Below are positions 63,869 through 64,000 of a stretch of DNA of 64,000 bases, piece by piece. Origin of the DNA: Podarcis liolepis. Its lineage: Eukaryota. Positions within the stretch are counted from its first letter, which is position 1, and the number at the start of each line of letters is the position of its first letter. The position numbers were made by a program, and so were the translations under genes. The stretch is taken from NCBI GenBank assembly GCA_965112155.1, contig OZ218104.1; one strand, 5' to 3'. The notes below the pieces were generated by a model, which was not told where the DNA came from, did not search any database, and saw nothing but the letters and a program-made list of their open reading frames with translations.

Positions 63869-64000
63869 GTGAGTACCTAACTAAGCGGGTCCCGAAGGAC
63901 GGTGTCGGTAAACAGCAGATCCCGGGGAAGGAGAGCGGAGGGGCGCATCAGTGCCCTGGGCGAGATGTTGTTCCTCGAGGGGAGGGGGGCACAGGGGCAC

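Overview
This is vertebrate genomic DNA, most likely from a squamate reptile (a full-length Sauria SINE and other lizard-type repeats suggest a lacertid-like lizard, by inference). It is syntenic with human 16q24.3 joined to the type I cadherin cluster. Hand-spliced gene models with GT-AG introns and consistent phases are: intact AFG3L1 (+, 17 exons, 770 aa), DBNDD1 (-, 4 exons, 164 aa), GAS8/DRC4 (+, 11 exons, 482 aa), and exon 1 of a CDH3-like cadherin at the right edge (+). The main discovery is on the minus strand at 54553-48393. Six exons of a truncated CDH1-like cadherin (signal peptide, mini-propeptide with RQKR furin site, EC1, EC2) end at a strong splice donor inside the ancestral exon 8 and splice in frame onto the three exons of 5-hydroxyisourate hydrolase (URAH). 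This predicts a 371-aa secreted cadherin(EC1-EC2)-HIUase/transthyretin-fold chimera. It keeps the HIUase active-site motifs and the EC1-EC2 calcium site, but has lost Trp2 and other adhesion residues, the EC2-EC3 calcium site, the membrane anchor and any evident peroxisomal PTS2 exon. The fusion splice is inferred from sequence only and needs transcript confirmation. Comparisons with human, mouse and chicken proteins are from recalled sequences, not database searches.
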